Positions 1 through 13,968 of a DNA stretch of 64,000 nucleotides are shown here, one piece after another; the first letter of the stretch is position 1, and the number at the start of each line of letters is the position of its first letter. Under the pieces are notes generated by a model. That model ran no database searches, was not told the origin of the DNA, and saw nothing but the letters and a program-made list of their open reading frames with translations. Both the position numbers and the translations under genes were made by a program. Origin of the DNA: Hormiphora californensis (lineage: Eukaryota > Animalia > Ctenophora); NCBI GenBank assembly GCA_020137815.1, contig CM035351.1, positions 8,866,001 to 8,930,000 on the forward strand. The letters run 5' to 3'.

Positions 1-56
1 GGAGGGTTAGAACACAACAAAAAGACCCTCTTCATAATAATATTCCCAATAGCAGT

Positions 57-3000
57 ATGACATCACTTCATATAGCATTCCTGACGTTCTTCATTATAGT
101 GACAGCTGCAAGTACCGAAGAATACATCCTAGGTAAGATCGACTTTTTGAATAGAACTATAATTTTGATTTCGAAAACCTGGTACAATGAAGCATATATT
201 CAAATAGTAATTAGGATCTCAAAAATTACTGTAATTATTTAATCCCCAATATCTCTTTACAGAGTGTACAATTAAGACTACCAATTCTCTAAAAAGAGTG
301 ATACGATACTCAGAGTAAGTCAGCTTTAATTTAATGCTAAGAATTAGATAAATCACGATTTATGCGAACCACAATTTATGCGAACTACGATTTACCGTGC
401 ATAAACCTTTACCCGAGGAGTCCTGTAAATCGAGGTTTTATTGTGTGCCCTACTTTACCAATTCAATCACTGCAGTCACGTGGATGAGTGTGGAGTTGAC
501 TATACCTGCTCACAGAACTGTTATCAGAGTGTTATCGACGAAGTCTTCCACGGGTAATTATAACTCTGCAGTCTGCAGTCTGCATTGTAACAAGATTGAA
601 ATCTAATTCAAAGCTGCAAGATCAAGAAACAAAATTAACACATTGAGCATGTTAAAAAAAATAATCTAAAGCTCCTTGCAGATCAAGTGGTGCTACAGTA
701 TCCGATAGGTTCGATATCTCCACGTGTGAATGCAAGCTGAACACCAATGGAACTTTATACCCTGTAAATGACACTTCAGAGTGCGATGAAATCAGGGATT
801 TTACTCAAAGCTGCTTTCTGAATGATTGTAACGCCTGGGATTTGTGGGACAAGGGAGCCGTGTGTGATGTGACTGCAGACTGCACATGGGAGTGCTGGGA
901 AAAGATAAAGGAAATAAAGGCCTCCTACAATAATACTCTGTGCCACTGTCACCATGAATATGCTGCATCCAGTAATGAGGACAATGAACTTTGCGAAAGT
1001 AAGATATAACAACTTAGTGTCACATGAAAACAAGTTTATTTTGTGTTCCCCCCACGGCTCACCTTCATAATAGTATAAATTCTACACCGGCATTGAAAAA
1101 AGGCAATTTTTAATAATGAAAACCATTTAACAGGTGCTTTAAATAAGATTGGAAACTGTACCAACAACCCGCCAATGGAGCCAACAGAAAAAGAGCCAAC
1201 TGAAGAAGGTCCAACTACAGAAGAGCCTGTGAAAGACATGTCAATAACAGTAGTACTACTAGTAGTAGTCGGGATCACTCTGTGTTGTATACTTGTACTG
1301 GTGATTCTAAAGAGATGGTGCCTACATGCTGGGAGGGAAGGTAAGCTGAGATTAAAACTCAAGTACAATATTCAGTGAATATCAAGATCATTTAATATTA
1401 CACAATGACCATGATAAAGAGCTAAACGCGTGATTCTCAAGCTGTATTTGAAGCATCTCAACAAAGCTGTGTTTTCAGTAAAGAGGTCAGGAGATTTGAG
1501 GAAGATGATTCCGTTTATTCAGTGGCACTCCATTAGACTTCTTGGTCACACTGAAGAATACCTGAAATCTGGAAAGGACTCGACGAGACTTGAAAAGCGG
1601 GAGGTGAGTACTGAGTAATATTCTTTTACTCCTGAGACTTCACGCCAGTTTTCCGGTGAGACTAACTATTTGGTCTTCAACTTCCCCACATGCATCAAAA
1701 ATATTGATTCATTTCCCTAAAACTACAATCTTTTTATTGGGTAGAACTATTTTGGGTGGGAGACATTTATAAATCAATTGCTTCAAATAAGTTACACTCA
1801 CGCACCCAGGGGACCCACACAGCATTAGGGCTGCAACTAAGGGTCCCTTACTAACAAAACTTGAACTCAACGAAAATTTAGTTTCGCCTTGACGCAATAT
1901 AAAACCATTAGAGAAGGGTTTTCGTGCTGGTTGCTGCGGTATACCACGACCGCAAAACAGGGTCATGCGGCTTTACACTCGGAAGGGAGAAGGTGAAGGG
2001 AGAGGAGAAAGAGAAGGGTGGGGGTGACTGAAAAACAAGTACGAGCAAGATCAAAGAATATCATCAGGGACGATTGTTCCTGAGATATGCTTCTTCACTA
2101 GCTTATTAAAGAGGGGTAGTGAATTGCACTGCCTGATCGAAAAGGGTAACTTATTCCACAAACTGACTGTTCTATGGAAATAGCCAGCCCTGATCGCTCT
2201 GTGGGTAGCGGGCCCATTCCTAAGTTCAGGGATAATAGCTAGTGTGGTGATATCACGACCCTCACATATATCAACATTCTGACGCGTGGTTCTCAACGTA
2301 GTAGGATCGATGGGTTGAATGAAGTCAGGAATGGGGATATTAGTAATACCGAAAACCAGCTTGTAAAACAATCTGAGATCATAATACTGAAACAGATACT
2401 TGAAAGGTAACATATTAAGGGTACGCTAACCAAAATTTTTTTTCGAGTGCAGGGAAATCTCTCACCGTAGGGTTGTAGGCCATACCAAGGAGACATCAAA
2501 TATGCAATTTTAGCCCTTAAGTCGAATTCATATTTTTGCTACAGCTGTTTAAAAAATGTCCTGAAAATACGTTTTTGGCATCTCAAAAATTTTTTTTCAA
2601 AGATAGGAGCATGAAAATTTGGGGATTTGAAGAGGACATGAAGGTGAATAACCACAAAAAATTTTTTTGCAATCCGAGCTGATTTCCGGTCCTGAGATGG
2701 ATTTCTTTTTTTCCACTTTAACGCCCTATTTGGCAAAGTTCCGAAAACATGTGAAAGCTGTAAATTGGTGAAAAGTTGCGTCTAACGATTATCTAAGTGG
2801 CCATAAATTTTGGGCGTGTCCTTATTTGAGATAAGCTGTACGGAGTTTTTTTTGTGAAAGCCGTCATTTCAGAAATAAATAAATTCCCTGTATCTCAAAA
2901 ACGGCTGATCGTAGAGACCTGAGACTATGCTTAAACGATTCAGAAGGTCCGATTTTGGGGGGGTCTTCTGAGAGACATTTTGCTCCTACTTCAACCGTTT

Positions 3001-6000
3001 TTGCTGTAATTGCGAAAAACAATAACTCATTTTCGCCATCGTGGATTTTTTGTGATTTTGTTTTTGATGATTATAGGGACCCATATGGACCAAATAGTGA
3101 AGGAATTAGCTTGTTAAACATTTTTCCATAGTTTCGGTCCTTTCTTAGCTAAAATTCCCTAATTACAGGATATTGGAGTTTAGCTTTTGCCCTTTTCATA
3201 GAATTTGTTTTTCGCAATTACAGCAAAAACGGTTGAAGTAGGAGCAAAATGTCTCTCAGAAGACCCCCCCAAAATCGGACCTTCTGAATCGTTTAAGCAT
3301 AGTCTCAGGTCTCTACGATCAGCCGTTTTTGAGATACAGGGAATTTATTTATTTCTGAAATGACGGCTTTCACAAAAAAAACTCTGTACAGCTTATCTCA
3401 AATAAGGACACGCCCAAAATTTATGGCCACTTAGATAATCGTTAGACGCAACTTTTCACCAATTTACAGCTTTCACATGTTTTCGGAACTTTGCCAAATA
3501 GGGCGTTAAAGTGGAAAAAAAGAAATCCATCTCAGGACCGGAAATCAGCTCGGATTGCAAAAAAATGTTTTGTGGTTATTCACCTTCATGTCCTTTTCAA
3601 ATCCCCAAATTTTCATGCTCCTATCTTTGAAAAAAAATTTTTGAGATGCCAAAAACTTATTTTCAGTTCATTTTTCAAGCAGCTGTAGCAAAAATATGAA
3701 TTCGACTTGAGAGCTCAAATTGCATATTTGAGGTCTCCTTGGCATGGCCTACAACCCTACGGTGAGAGATTTCCCTGCACTCGAAAAAAATTTTTGGTTA
3801 GCGTACCCTTAAGGGTCAGGAGATGTTCCACATATGTATCATTGGAATATGAAGCTAGTGGTTCATTCCTAATCCATTTAACAGCACGCTTTTGCAACTT
3901 CTCCAGATTTTTCAAACTACCAACATTAACATTAGACCAGATTTGGTTACAGTGCTCTATCAAAGATCTCACCATAGACAGATACAGGGTCTTCTTGTAG
4001 GAACTGCGCTTCAGAAAATAACAAGTGCGACGTAGTAGGTTAAATTTGAAAACCATAGAGGAATGTAGACTCTCAACATGTGTGTTAAACTCAAGACTAC
4101 TAGTGACAGTGATACCTAGATCTCGCTGGCTGTCAACATAATTTAAATAAGTACCACCCAAAGAGTAAAAGTATTTAAAGTAAGGTAAATTACTAAAGGG
4201 GTTCTGGATATAGGAAAGGTTACTAGACACACTCAAAACTTGACACTTAGAAGGATGGAACTTCATCATGTTGCGTTCAGACCAGGCATATAAAGCGTCA
4301 ATTGATTGTTGAAGTGATATATGGTCATTCATGCAATCAATACGACGCCATATTTTGGTATCGTCGGCATAGAGCATGATATTAGTACCCGAGGTAACCT
4401 CAGAGATGAGGTCGTTTATAAAGATCACAAAAAGAACAGGCCCCAGGATAGATCCCTGGGGGACACCAGAACTGACAGGCAGTATATCTGAGCTCTCACC
4501 GTCAACAACAACTTTCTGAGATCTCTGTCTCAGATAACTCTTCACAAAACTCAGGAGATTACCCTCAACTCCAAAAACATGCTTCAATTTGCTGAGTATT
4601 AGGTCGTGGTTACACGAATCAAAGGCACGTGAGAAGTCAAAATACACCACATCTGCACGTGCCTTGTTGTCTAATACTTCAGCAAGATTGTGGGTGAAGG
4701 GTAACATCTGAGTAGTACAGGATCTACCTGCTAGAAACCCATGCTGGCGATCATCCAGGTTAGGATAACAAATCTCTAAAAGTCTCGGCTTAACAAGCTT
4801 CTCCATAGTCTTGGCAACAAGAGAGAGTAAGGATATTGGTCGGTAATTACTAACATCCTTTCTATCTCCTTTTTTATAAACTGGGACAATGGAGGCCAGT
4901 TTCCAGCTCTGGGGAAATTCTCCCTCTCGCATAGATAAGTTAAAAAGCAGCCACAAAGGATAGGATAGAGATCCAGCGCAGTGCTTTAGGACTCTGCCCG
5001 GGATCCCATCATCACCACACGCTTTAGAAGTATCTAAAGAAGATAACGCTACATACACCTCGTTAACAGAGAAACAAACAGAAAACTCAGAATTGTCTAC
5101 CTCAATATCATACTTGCTAATTACTTACTAATTAATTTCAGATGGTTTTTCGAGTTGGCATCAACAAATTGGCAAAGTTCGGAAGGTTCGGAAGGTTTTT
5201 GTTTCCCAATCAGCACGTTGTGATAAAAGTTTTCTCTGAACTACGAAAAGAGAACCATCGTCTTGAAAAAAGAATCTTTGACTCCATGGATAGAGATAAG
5301 TACGCAGAAGCTGTTTTAATTTTAAGTTCTAGTTTCATTTAGTTAATGGAGTTCACAGCTTGTAGTTTTGAGTTTCTATTTAGATACAGAAAATAATCGA
5401 TATACTCTATTTTGAGGGGGAACTAATTTATTTTTCATTTATCAGAGCGTACGAAAACAACATTATAACAGCATTTATCGCTGATGGAGAGGCAGTGAGT
5501 CAGCAGGAGCCGTTAACTACTTTTTTAGAAAAGGTAGCCAGCCATTCCCCTAATTTACCCGCTCTTCGCAGTGTGGTTAACAGTTACTACAGCAAGGAAC
5601 CACTGTAAGTTAAACCCATTAGAGCCTCGTGATGTGAAAACGCACCATCCCAATGTTAGATTTATTCCAAAAAAGCAGCATGAGGGTCAGAATTTGGAAG
5701 CACAGAGATGTATTGCCTTTACTGAACGTTACAAGTTCTCCCTCTCCAGGTGTCTAGTGTTTAACAACTCCCTCTCCAGGTGTCTAGTGTTTAACAACTC
5801 CCTCTCCAGGTGTCTAGTGTTTAACAACTCCCTCTCCAGGTGTCTAGTGTTTAACAACTCCCTCTCCAGGTGTCTAGTGTTTAACAACTCCCTCTCCAGG
5901 TGTCTAGTGTTTAACCACTCCCTCTCCAGGTGTCTAGTGTTTAACAACTCCCTCTCCAGGTGTCTAGTGTTTAACAACTCCCTCTCCAGGTGTCTAGTGT

Positions 6001-7140
6001 TTAACAACTCCCTCTCCAGGTGTCTAGTGTTTAACAACTCCCTCTCCAGGTGTCTAGTGTTTAACAACTCCCTCTCCAGGTGTCTAGTGTATAACAACTC
6101 CCTCTCTAGGTGTCTAGTGTTTAACAACTCCCTCTCCAGGTGTCTAGTGTTTAACAACTCCCTCTCCAGGTGTCTAGTGTTTAACAACTCCCTCTCCAGG
6201 TGTCTAGTGTTTAACAACTCCCTCTCCAGGTGTCTAGTGTTTAACCACTGCAACGAGGGCTCTCTAAAGGACTATCTGGATATCCGGCCCCTTGACCTCG
6301 CCAAGACGAGATCTCTCTTCCTGGACATTTCTCAAGCCATTTCCTTTTTACACGGTCCTCACAGTAATGGGGTAACTATCATTGACGATAATTATAGCTG
6401 TGTCTAGTATAATAGTCTGACCCCGATTTACCGGAACCCCGATTTACCGGGAAGATAAACGTAACAACTGATTATCACACATCTAACGGCTAACAATTCT
6501 CCTGCAGGTGCGAATCATCCACAGTGATATCAAAACGGACAATATTTTTGTGCAGCATCGCCGAGGGAAACTATTCTTTCTCCTAGCTGATTTCGGTTAC
6601 TCTCTGGTGTACACACCCGGTCCCCAGGCATTTTCTAATTTTAGTCCACGGGGTTACACTCCGAGTCATGCTCCTCCTGAGTGGGCCTTTCTGGAGCCCA
6701 TGGAGTCAATATCAAGTACACAGTTGAATGAGGAGCAGGAAAGCGCTTATCAGATGCGTGGTCGCCATCCCACCGCCATAGACATCTACCAAATGGGGTT
6801 GGTGATGTGGCAGGCTTTCAGTAGGACCTCACCCTGGCAGGACCGGGTAGTAAATCCTGCAGGGGGTAGGGACATGCTTAGAGAACTATTCAGGAATGAT
6901 TTCCTGGCACGACCTGAGTTCCCTATCTTGGACAAGGGGGACAATAGACAAGTAGTGTACGAGAAATTGAAGGGGATCGTTAGAAGATGTTGGCACCACA
7001 GGATTGAAAGTAGACCAAGTGCAGAGACACTTCACAAACTTTTAATGAAGGCGTTTTCCGATAAGGATTCTAAAAAAATTGCATATTCGGAAGTTCTATG
7101 TTTAGAAGACTATTCGTCTTGTAATCATCTGAATCCGTAA
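57..7140 (+). CDS. Receptor Ser/Thr kinase 1: signal peptide, 2 GAS1/GFRalpha-like Cys repeats, TM, non-RD TGF-beta/activin type II-like (TKL) kinase; 10 exons
   Basis: Phase-consistent GT-AG exons: 57-132, 263-314, 476-553, 682-998, 1134-1340, 1479-1603, 5142-5299, 5446-5604, 6230-6371, 6508-7140. Signal MTSLHIAFLTFFIIVTAA; TM ITVVLLVVVGITLCCILVLVIL; kinase motifs VVIKVF, GSLKDYL, HSDIKTDN, ADFG, APPEW, DIYQMGLVMW, CWHHRIESRPSA. Confidence 0.88.
1890..5118 (-). mobile_element. 5'-truncated CR1/L2-group LINE (RT ORF2 and 3' UTR) in intron 6 of kinase 1, interrupted by a foldback element
   Basis: ORF 3757-5058 has RT motifs NYRPISLLS, QHGF, DFSRAFD, GVPQGSILGP, YADDTK. Removing 2419-3808 plus one TTAA joins it in frame (EHLLTL-N-MLPFKYL) to ORF 2051-2413. 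Outer ends approximate. Confidence 0.9.
2419..3808. mobile_element. Non-autonomous foldback DNA transposon with TTAA target duplication (Kolobok-like termini)
   Basis: TTAA at 2415-2418 and 3809-3812; termini GGGTACGCTAACC...GGTTAGCGTACCC; near-identical inverted arms about 2419-3022 and 3205-3808; about 180-bp spacer; no transposase. Confidence 0.9.
5738..6246 (+). repeat. 30-bp tandem array (17 copies) of the intron 8 acceptor/exon 9 junction
   Basis: Unit ctccctctccag|gtgtctagtgtttaacaa, with AG ending at 5749+30n up to 6229. The last copy runs into exon 9 (CLVFNHCNEGSL). Confidence 0.95.
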
Positions 7141-7405
7141 ACTATCACCAAAAATATACCATTCACTTTATCTGCATACATACTACCTTATTTTTATTCA
7201 GAAAATATGAGCCAAAATTAGACCACATCTTAATATTTTATTGCTATAGTTCATAGTTTGATGTTTTTAACTGTTTTCACCAACTTTTTTACTAATATTT
7301 GTTGGCAAATTGCCAATGGCAATGTTTTCTACTTAACTCTTTTCTTTTATTTCAAAACTTAACTCGTTCGTATTGTGACTATGCTTGCTGACAAATCAAC
7401 ATTTT

Positions 7406-7553
<148 letters not shown>

Positions 7554-7950
7554 ATGTCTCGCCCAATGTCAGAGCGTCAGAGCGATGCCAAACCAGTAAC
7601 CAGTAACCACTCTCTGTTCGCCTGAACAACTCAACCTGTCAAAAAGCTGTCAGGCCAATGCTCTGACCACAGTTCTTGCGCGCTCTGACAGTCAAAAAGG
7701 GACCATTGTCAAAAATGGGAACATTGTCAAAAGCTGTCAGAGCGTTTGAGGGATCAGGCATCTATAAATTCTGCAGAGCACAACAGAGTAAACTGAACTG
7801 AATTAATTTTAGTTCTGTTCAAACAGGATCGAGCAAGTTGATTTACCTTTCGAATCTGTCAGAGCATTGGCCTGACAGTTTCGAATGTAGTCTCCGCAGA
7901 TAAGAGATAACTCAACATTACGTATTCGCATATTTCATTGTTCTACTATC

Positions 7951-8633
7951 ATGGAATACAACATTAATATATCATGGGCAGGACTGTACGTCAGTGCGAT
8001 AGCCAACACCTGCTATAACTCAGTACATGTGTCTCACATTACAGATAAGGGGTGTGTGTCACACACTGTGTGCTGTTGTTTTGTACATGTTTCTAGCTAG
8101 CTGTCTTATTGTGACGGTGCAACAATATATGGGTATGCATCGCAATATGTTAATATCTTGAAAACTCAGCTGACTAGATTTAACCCTGCATGTTAATATT
8201 ATTTAGAGGAGGGGTTATCTTATTGGTTTGAATTAACTGGTTGAAATAATTCACCGTACTGCTACATAATAACGCACAATGTGTCTTTGACGCACAACTG
8301 ATGGCGAAACACCGCGGAATATTAATTGTGGTGACTGTGCTGTGTAATATATTTATTCTCTCCCAGTATTTGGTGTCCAGGAGCCTCCCTCCCAGTTTGC
8401 TGCTCAGCTGCACATAACAGCACCAACTACAGAACATAACAACTATACTGGTGCAGCAGGGATCCAGGGGGTACAGAAGATTTGTCGCCCGGGCAAGTTC
8501 TATGTGCCCCAGGTGTCAAACTGCCGGAGATGCTCTAAATATGTTGGTGCGTGTGTGTTAAGCGGGGTATACTTGGTTCATTGTCACCCTGGTCATATTT
8601 GCATTGTATCAACTGTACAAATATCGCACTCTC

Positions 8634-8698
<65 letters not shown>

Positions 8699-11622
8699 CT
8701 CTCTCTCTCTCTTTCTCTCTTTCTCTCTCTCTCTCTAACGCTAACTTTTTAAATGTGTTACAGGTAAAAAGTACAGTGGTTACAATTGGACTTCATGTGA
8801 GCCCTGTGAAACGTGGCCTCAACGTCCCTGCTGTAAGTCATCCCAGTTTCCATTCAGAGATCGAGGTGTTGTTTGAGCTAAATCAAATCATTAACATCTA
8901 ATGTTTTGTGGTAGGGGTGTTGATGGAACTATTTTCAGATTGTGATTTAACGGTGGATAACTTACATTCCATTTCCAACTCTCTTGGTTGTCATGACTAC
9001 AATTGTACCCAGGATTGCTATCTCCAGGCACGTGGTAACGTGACCGGTATATGGGACATGTACGACACCACCGCCATATCCACCATGGTCAACTACCAGT
9101 CTTGTTCCTGTGAGGGGGCCGCTGATGTGGGTGTATGTGAGAGGGACAGGGCCTTTACCCACTCGTGTTTGGTAAACGAGTGTGGGGAGAGGTGGGGCTC
9201 CTTAGGGACCGATCTCTGTGACTTCTCCATCTCAGACCGATGTGAGAGGGGGTGTTGGGAGTGGGTTCAGAGGAACTTGAAGGATGGCATCCATCTGTGT
9301 CACTGCAACCAGTATCTCAAGAGGAACGAAACATGCGAGAGTAGGTACCATGTCGGACCCCCCGGGCCTCAATTTACCGGACAAAACCCTTTCCCCCGAG
9401 CAACCCAGTAAATCGTGGTCCAACTGTAACGTATTTTCCTCGTATTAGTTTGATTAATACAAATTACAACGTTTACCAAAGTGGATTTAGTTGCCAGGCC
9501 TATTACCAACACACATCATCCAAATGAACCCTCATGTTTCAGATTACCGTGAAAAGTTTATCCTTTGTGCTGGAGGGGGGCCAACAACAACTCACCCTGC
9601 TACTACTCCTGGTCCCATAACTACATCTGCCCCTCGTCCTGCCCCTATAAGGTGGACTACTATCACCCCACCGTTACTACTTATCCCACTACTCCTGTTG
9701 GTGATTTGGTGGTGTATTCGCTTCAGAACTCCCCCAGGTACCCCCTCCCCTCCTCGCCCCACCCGGCCCCCTCGCCCCCAAGCCTCCCTCGCCCCAAAGC
9801 CTCCATCGCCCCAAGCCTCCCTCCCTTGTTGAGTAAGGGGTGACCCCTCGCCCCAAGCCTCGCTTCCCCCTCTCAGTTTTATCTCACGGTACCCCATAAA
9901 CAGTTAAACTATTTTACTGAATATTCTGAGATCTGAGCAAGAGTAGTTTATTCTGAGCCATCTATAAACCATGACATTTCTTCGCCCTGTGCAATCGTTT
10001 AAAGGTGCCCCTCCCCAGTTAAAATATCGGATGGTATTGGAGCGATATCTCCTTATGTGGTATGGAGTTCAATAAAGTTCATTGGACACACAGGAAGGTA
10101 TCTAGGACACGGGGGAGACTGGCGTCTACTAGAGAAAAGAGAGGTAATTTTATTGGATGTTTTGATATGTATGTGATTTGCATTTATACGAGTTGTTTTC
10201 AGATGGTTATTCGAGTTGGCATCAACAAGTTGACAAAGTTCGGAAGGTTCGGAAGGTTTTTGTTTCCCAATCAGCATGTTGTGATCAAAGTTTTCTCTGA
10301 ACTACGAAAGGAAAACCATCAACTGGAAGCTGGTGTGTTTAAATTCCTTGATCAGAAAAAGTAGGTTGTTGGTCTGGTTGGTTTTACAGTTTCTCCACAT
10401 AATATGTTTGTCTGGCGGCGCCAGACCCCGATTTCGAAAGTTCACTCAGATGGGGTCCATATTTTTCGATATAATCTATTACCCCACTCACATCTCTCCA
10501 GGTGTCGCGAGAACAACATCAATACTGCGTTCATTACTGATGGAGAAGCGGTGACTCAGCAACGGCCCCTAATTGACTTTCTGAAACGAATTGTCAGCCA
10601 ATCACCAAACCTGCCCGCCCTGGGAGAAGCTGTCAGTAGTTACTACTGCAGAGAACCTCGGTAACTATTTAACTAATTTGACTCCTAGTCGAGCAGCGTG
10701 CGAGATGTACAGCCAGTGCCTGACAACCTAGTTGGTGTTGTTCCTATTTATCTGTCACTCAGTAAGATGGGTTTTTAACCCCCTCCCCCACTCAGCTGCC
10801 TTATACTAGAGTACTGCAATGGTGGATCTCTTAAAAAGTATTTGGAAACCAGAGCTCTTGATTTGGCCGGTACTAGATCTCTGTTTCTGGATATTTCTCG
10901 AGCCATTGCTTATCTACACGGTCCGCACGGTCAACAACAGGTATTTTCATATTTTGTGGGGGTCTGAGATGGGGAATTATTTATATTGCATTTTACAATA
11001 ATCTAAATCACCCCCCCCCCCCCAGGAATCAATAATTCACTCTGATATCAAGCCTGATAACATCTTTGTGAAGCGGAAACATCGCCATCTTGTTTTTGTG
11101 TTGGGTGATTTTGGCCATTCAAAGTGTTGTACAGCCTGGAGTGCCCAACATGGAATGTGGAAACCCAGGGGTTACACTGATACTCACGCACCCCCTGAGT
11201 GGGCTTTTCTGGGACCCATGGAGTCACAGGGAGAGTTGAATGAGGAGCAGGAAAGCGCTTATCAGATGCGTGGTCGCCATCCCACCGCCATAGACATCTA
11301 CCAAATGGGGTTGGTGATGTGGCAGGCTTTCAGTAGGACCTCACCCTGGCAGGACCGGGTAGTAAATCCTGCAGGGGGTAGGGACATGCTTAGAGAACTA
11401 TTCAGGAATGATTTCCTGGCGCGACCTGAGTTCCCTATCTTGGACAAGGGGGACAATAGACAAGTAGTGTACGAGAAATTGAAGGGGATCGTTAGAAGAT
11501 GTTGGCACCACAGGATTGAAAGTAGACCCAGTTCAGAGACACTTCATAATGACCTCAGAAATGTGTTTGAAAACCGAATTGAAGTGGTTTTATCCAATTT
11601 AGTTAACAGAGATACTGTTTGA
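7951..11622 (+). CDS. Receptor Ser/Thr kinase 2 (paralog of kinase 1) with an extra N-terminal TNFR/Eph-like Cys motif; 11 exons
   Basis: Exons 7951-7985, 8101-8132, 8367-8546, 8764-8832, 8915-9340, 9543-9737, 10019-10143, 10203-10360, 10502-10660, 10796-10940, 11026-11622. Putative signal MEYNINISWAGLCLIVTVQQYMVFG; TM PPLLLIPLLLLVIWWCI; HSDIKPDN, GDFG, APPEW. Kinase intron positions and phases match gene 1. The first two exons are less certain. Confidence 0.85.
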
Positions 11623-12533
11623 AATATTAATTGTGAAACTGGTGATAATTTATTTGTCCGACAAAATAACTGCTTATTATTGCATAATGAATAAGAGCAG
11701 GTCATAATCATGACGATGATTTGTAAGTGTGTATCTGTGCATGATTACACTTTTACACTCAACCCCTTCTCTCATGTTTGGAACGCGCGCCGCCGAATGC
11801 CTCAAAATATATCAATTGTGCGCGGGACGCGCAAACGTGCACCCTTTTCCCCGTTCAGCGGGAAAAGGGAGTTGAGACGCGGGCCGGAAACCAGAGCATC
11901 ATCCTAGTCGGGGTCCAAGACCATGGTGGTGGCCACCGCCCACGCTCATAAAGCCTACCCTGAATACCACTGCTATATTCTATGAGATTCAGACAGTGGA
12001 GTATCGTGGAATGAACGTGGTCAGTTAGACATGGTGGCCCATGAGAGGCCGAGAGGGCCATGGCTTTAACCCTACACCTTTCCAGTTTCCATTGGACTCC
12101 AAACGTGCTAACTCAAACTTCGTTAAGTTTGAAAAGACTGTTAGTTTGGAATGTGGTTTCCCTGCACACCCTTGCCAAACAAAGGAGCCTGGGTATTATC
12201 CAATTTACCAAATATGCAGCCTGCATATATGCTTGGTACTTGCCTTGTTCAAACAATTTGGTACGTGATATTCCTGATAAATGACGGGTATGCGTTGTCA
12301 GAGGTGGAAGGGTTGCGTGCGCGAAATAGCGCGCGGATAAACTTAGCTATAAAGAACCGACCGCGCCTTCCATAAAGTAGGAGTGGGACACGTCACGGTG
12401 TCACACTTTGTTACAAAGACACGTTTCTAAATTCTACGTTTTGGAAAATAAATAAAAGTGGTCAATAAGTTACAGTATAAAATAATAAAAACAGTCTCTT
12501 TTCGGTTTTATCGTTGCTGCTCTCTATCCCGTT

Positions 12534-13347
12534 TTATCTTCGGCCCCTGAATCCGCCACCACCACCACCTCGACCTCTAAATCCACCGCCACCACCTCGG
12601 CCTCGGCCCCCACCTCGACCACCGCCTCCCCTGCCTCTGAAGCCACCTCGGCCTCGACCACCAGGGGTTCCACCACCAGCCCTCTTCACCTTAGGAGCGG
12701 GGGGCTTGGGAAGGAATCTGGAGAGCGGCAACAGTTTCATGGGGTTGATGTAAAACGGCTGAAAAAAAGAGAGGGTCAATTAGTTGTTTAGTTATGCTGT
12801 TGAGAGTTTGAAAAAACTGCACCAAATACTACTCATAAACATAATATATACACACCTGTTTCCGTTTGAAGGAGTCAGCCTTCATGTTTGGTAGTAGTTT
12901 GACACTCATCATGTACTCGTTAATTGGTCCAAATATCTCGTCGACCTTCCCAACTTGTTCCTTATTTTCCAGGTAGATGGGGGCATTGAAGTATGGTACC
13001 ATATCGTTATCTGCACGCAGCACCAAGTCTCCCTCACAGGAGTTCATTAGCTGGGGAGGGAGGAGAGGGTAAGATGGGGAATGATCATGATAATATAGCA
13101 TGTATTATAGGGGTGGGGTCATGAACTGGGGGAGAGGAGAGGGTTAGTGGAAACAATAAAAGATGGGGAAGGAGTAGAGGGGAATATAATAGTGGGGGAG
13201 ACAATTAAAACACAAGATACAGGGACAAGTTACCTTTCCGATTTTAGTGACGGAGTCTGGGGGTCCTTCATCGTAATGCCTGCCTCCACCTCTACCCCCT
13301 CCACGTCCACCTCTCCCACCGCCACGTCCACCACCTCGGAAACCCAT
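12534..13347 (-). CDS. GAR1: H/ACA snoRNP subunit 1 (GAR1)
   Basis: Exons 13347-13234, 13050-about 12856 and about 12758-12534. Core VPYFNAPIYLENKEQVGKVDEIFG and FYINPMKLLPLSRFLP, flanked by RGG boxes. Confidence 0.96.
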
Positions 13348-13968
13348 ACTGCTAGAGAAATGAGATTATATTGAGAAGGGAATTATACTGATAGGGATTG
13401 TGTGTGTGAGAGAGTGGGCGAATGAATGTGTATGTGAGAGAGTGGGCGAATGAATGTGTGTGTGAGAGAGTGGGCGAATGAATGTGTGTGTGTGAGAGAG
13501 GGAGAGAGATTGTGTGTGAGAGAGTAAGAAAAACACGCCCGATCATAATAAGAAGTCCTTCAAATCAAAAATAAATTATAATCACACACTCCAACACTCA
13601 GATCACACATTAAGGACGGAACACAGAAAAAAAGAGAGCAAAAAACATACATAACTCGACAAGCATATATATTATTTGTTTAACCCTTTACATAAGTTTA
13701 TATTCGGAAATTACTTGCTGAAGATAATTTAAATTACTAATTTACCATTTTCTCGCAGAAAATATTCTCTTTACAACCTTTGTTACAAAAGACTAACCAA
13801 TAAAAATAATAGAGGTTAAGATTGATATATATAATTGACTACTGGTTAATTATAAATATCTGTATCTGAACCCAACCCTAAATCCCCAACCACCACCACC
13901 AAATATTAAAGAAGTGTCAGATATCTAAAATGTGGCCAATCTAAACAGGCCATATGTGTTCCCCCTTT

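Noticed and set aside
2539-3688. Twin 65-aa ORFs MPNRALKWKK on opposite strands
   Set aside because: By-products of the inverted arms of the foldback element; TTG starts and no domain.
5738-6246. CRISPR-like appearance of the 30-bp repeats (also the 63-bp and 31-bp arrays)
   Set aside because: Head-to-tail repeats with no unique spacers, no cas genes and a eukaryotic context.
5729-6253. 174-aa minus-strand ORF (LNTRHLEREL)n
   Set aside because: Antisense shadow of a stop-free 30-bp array.
7555-7880. Internal inverted repeat ctgtcaggccaatgctctgac / gtcagagcattggcctgacag upstream of kinase 2
   Set aside because: Probably a decayed MITE, but termini and TSD could not be defined.
13350-13960. 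Intronic or adjacent snoRNA near GAR1
   Set aside because: No convincing H/ACA or C/D box structure visible by eye; needs a covariance-model search.
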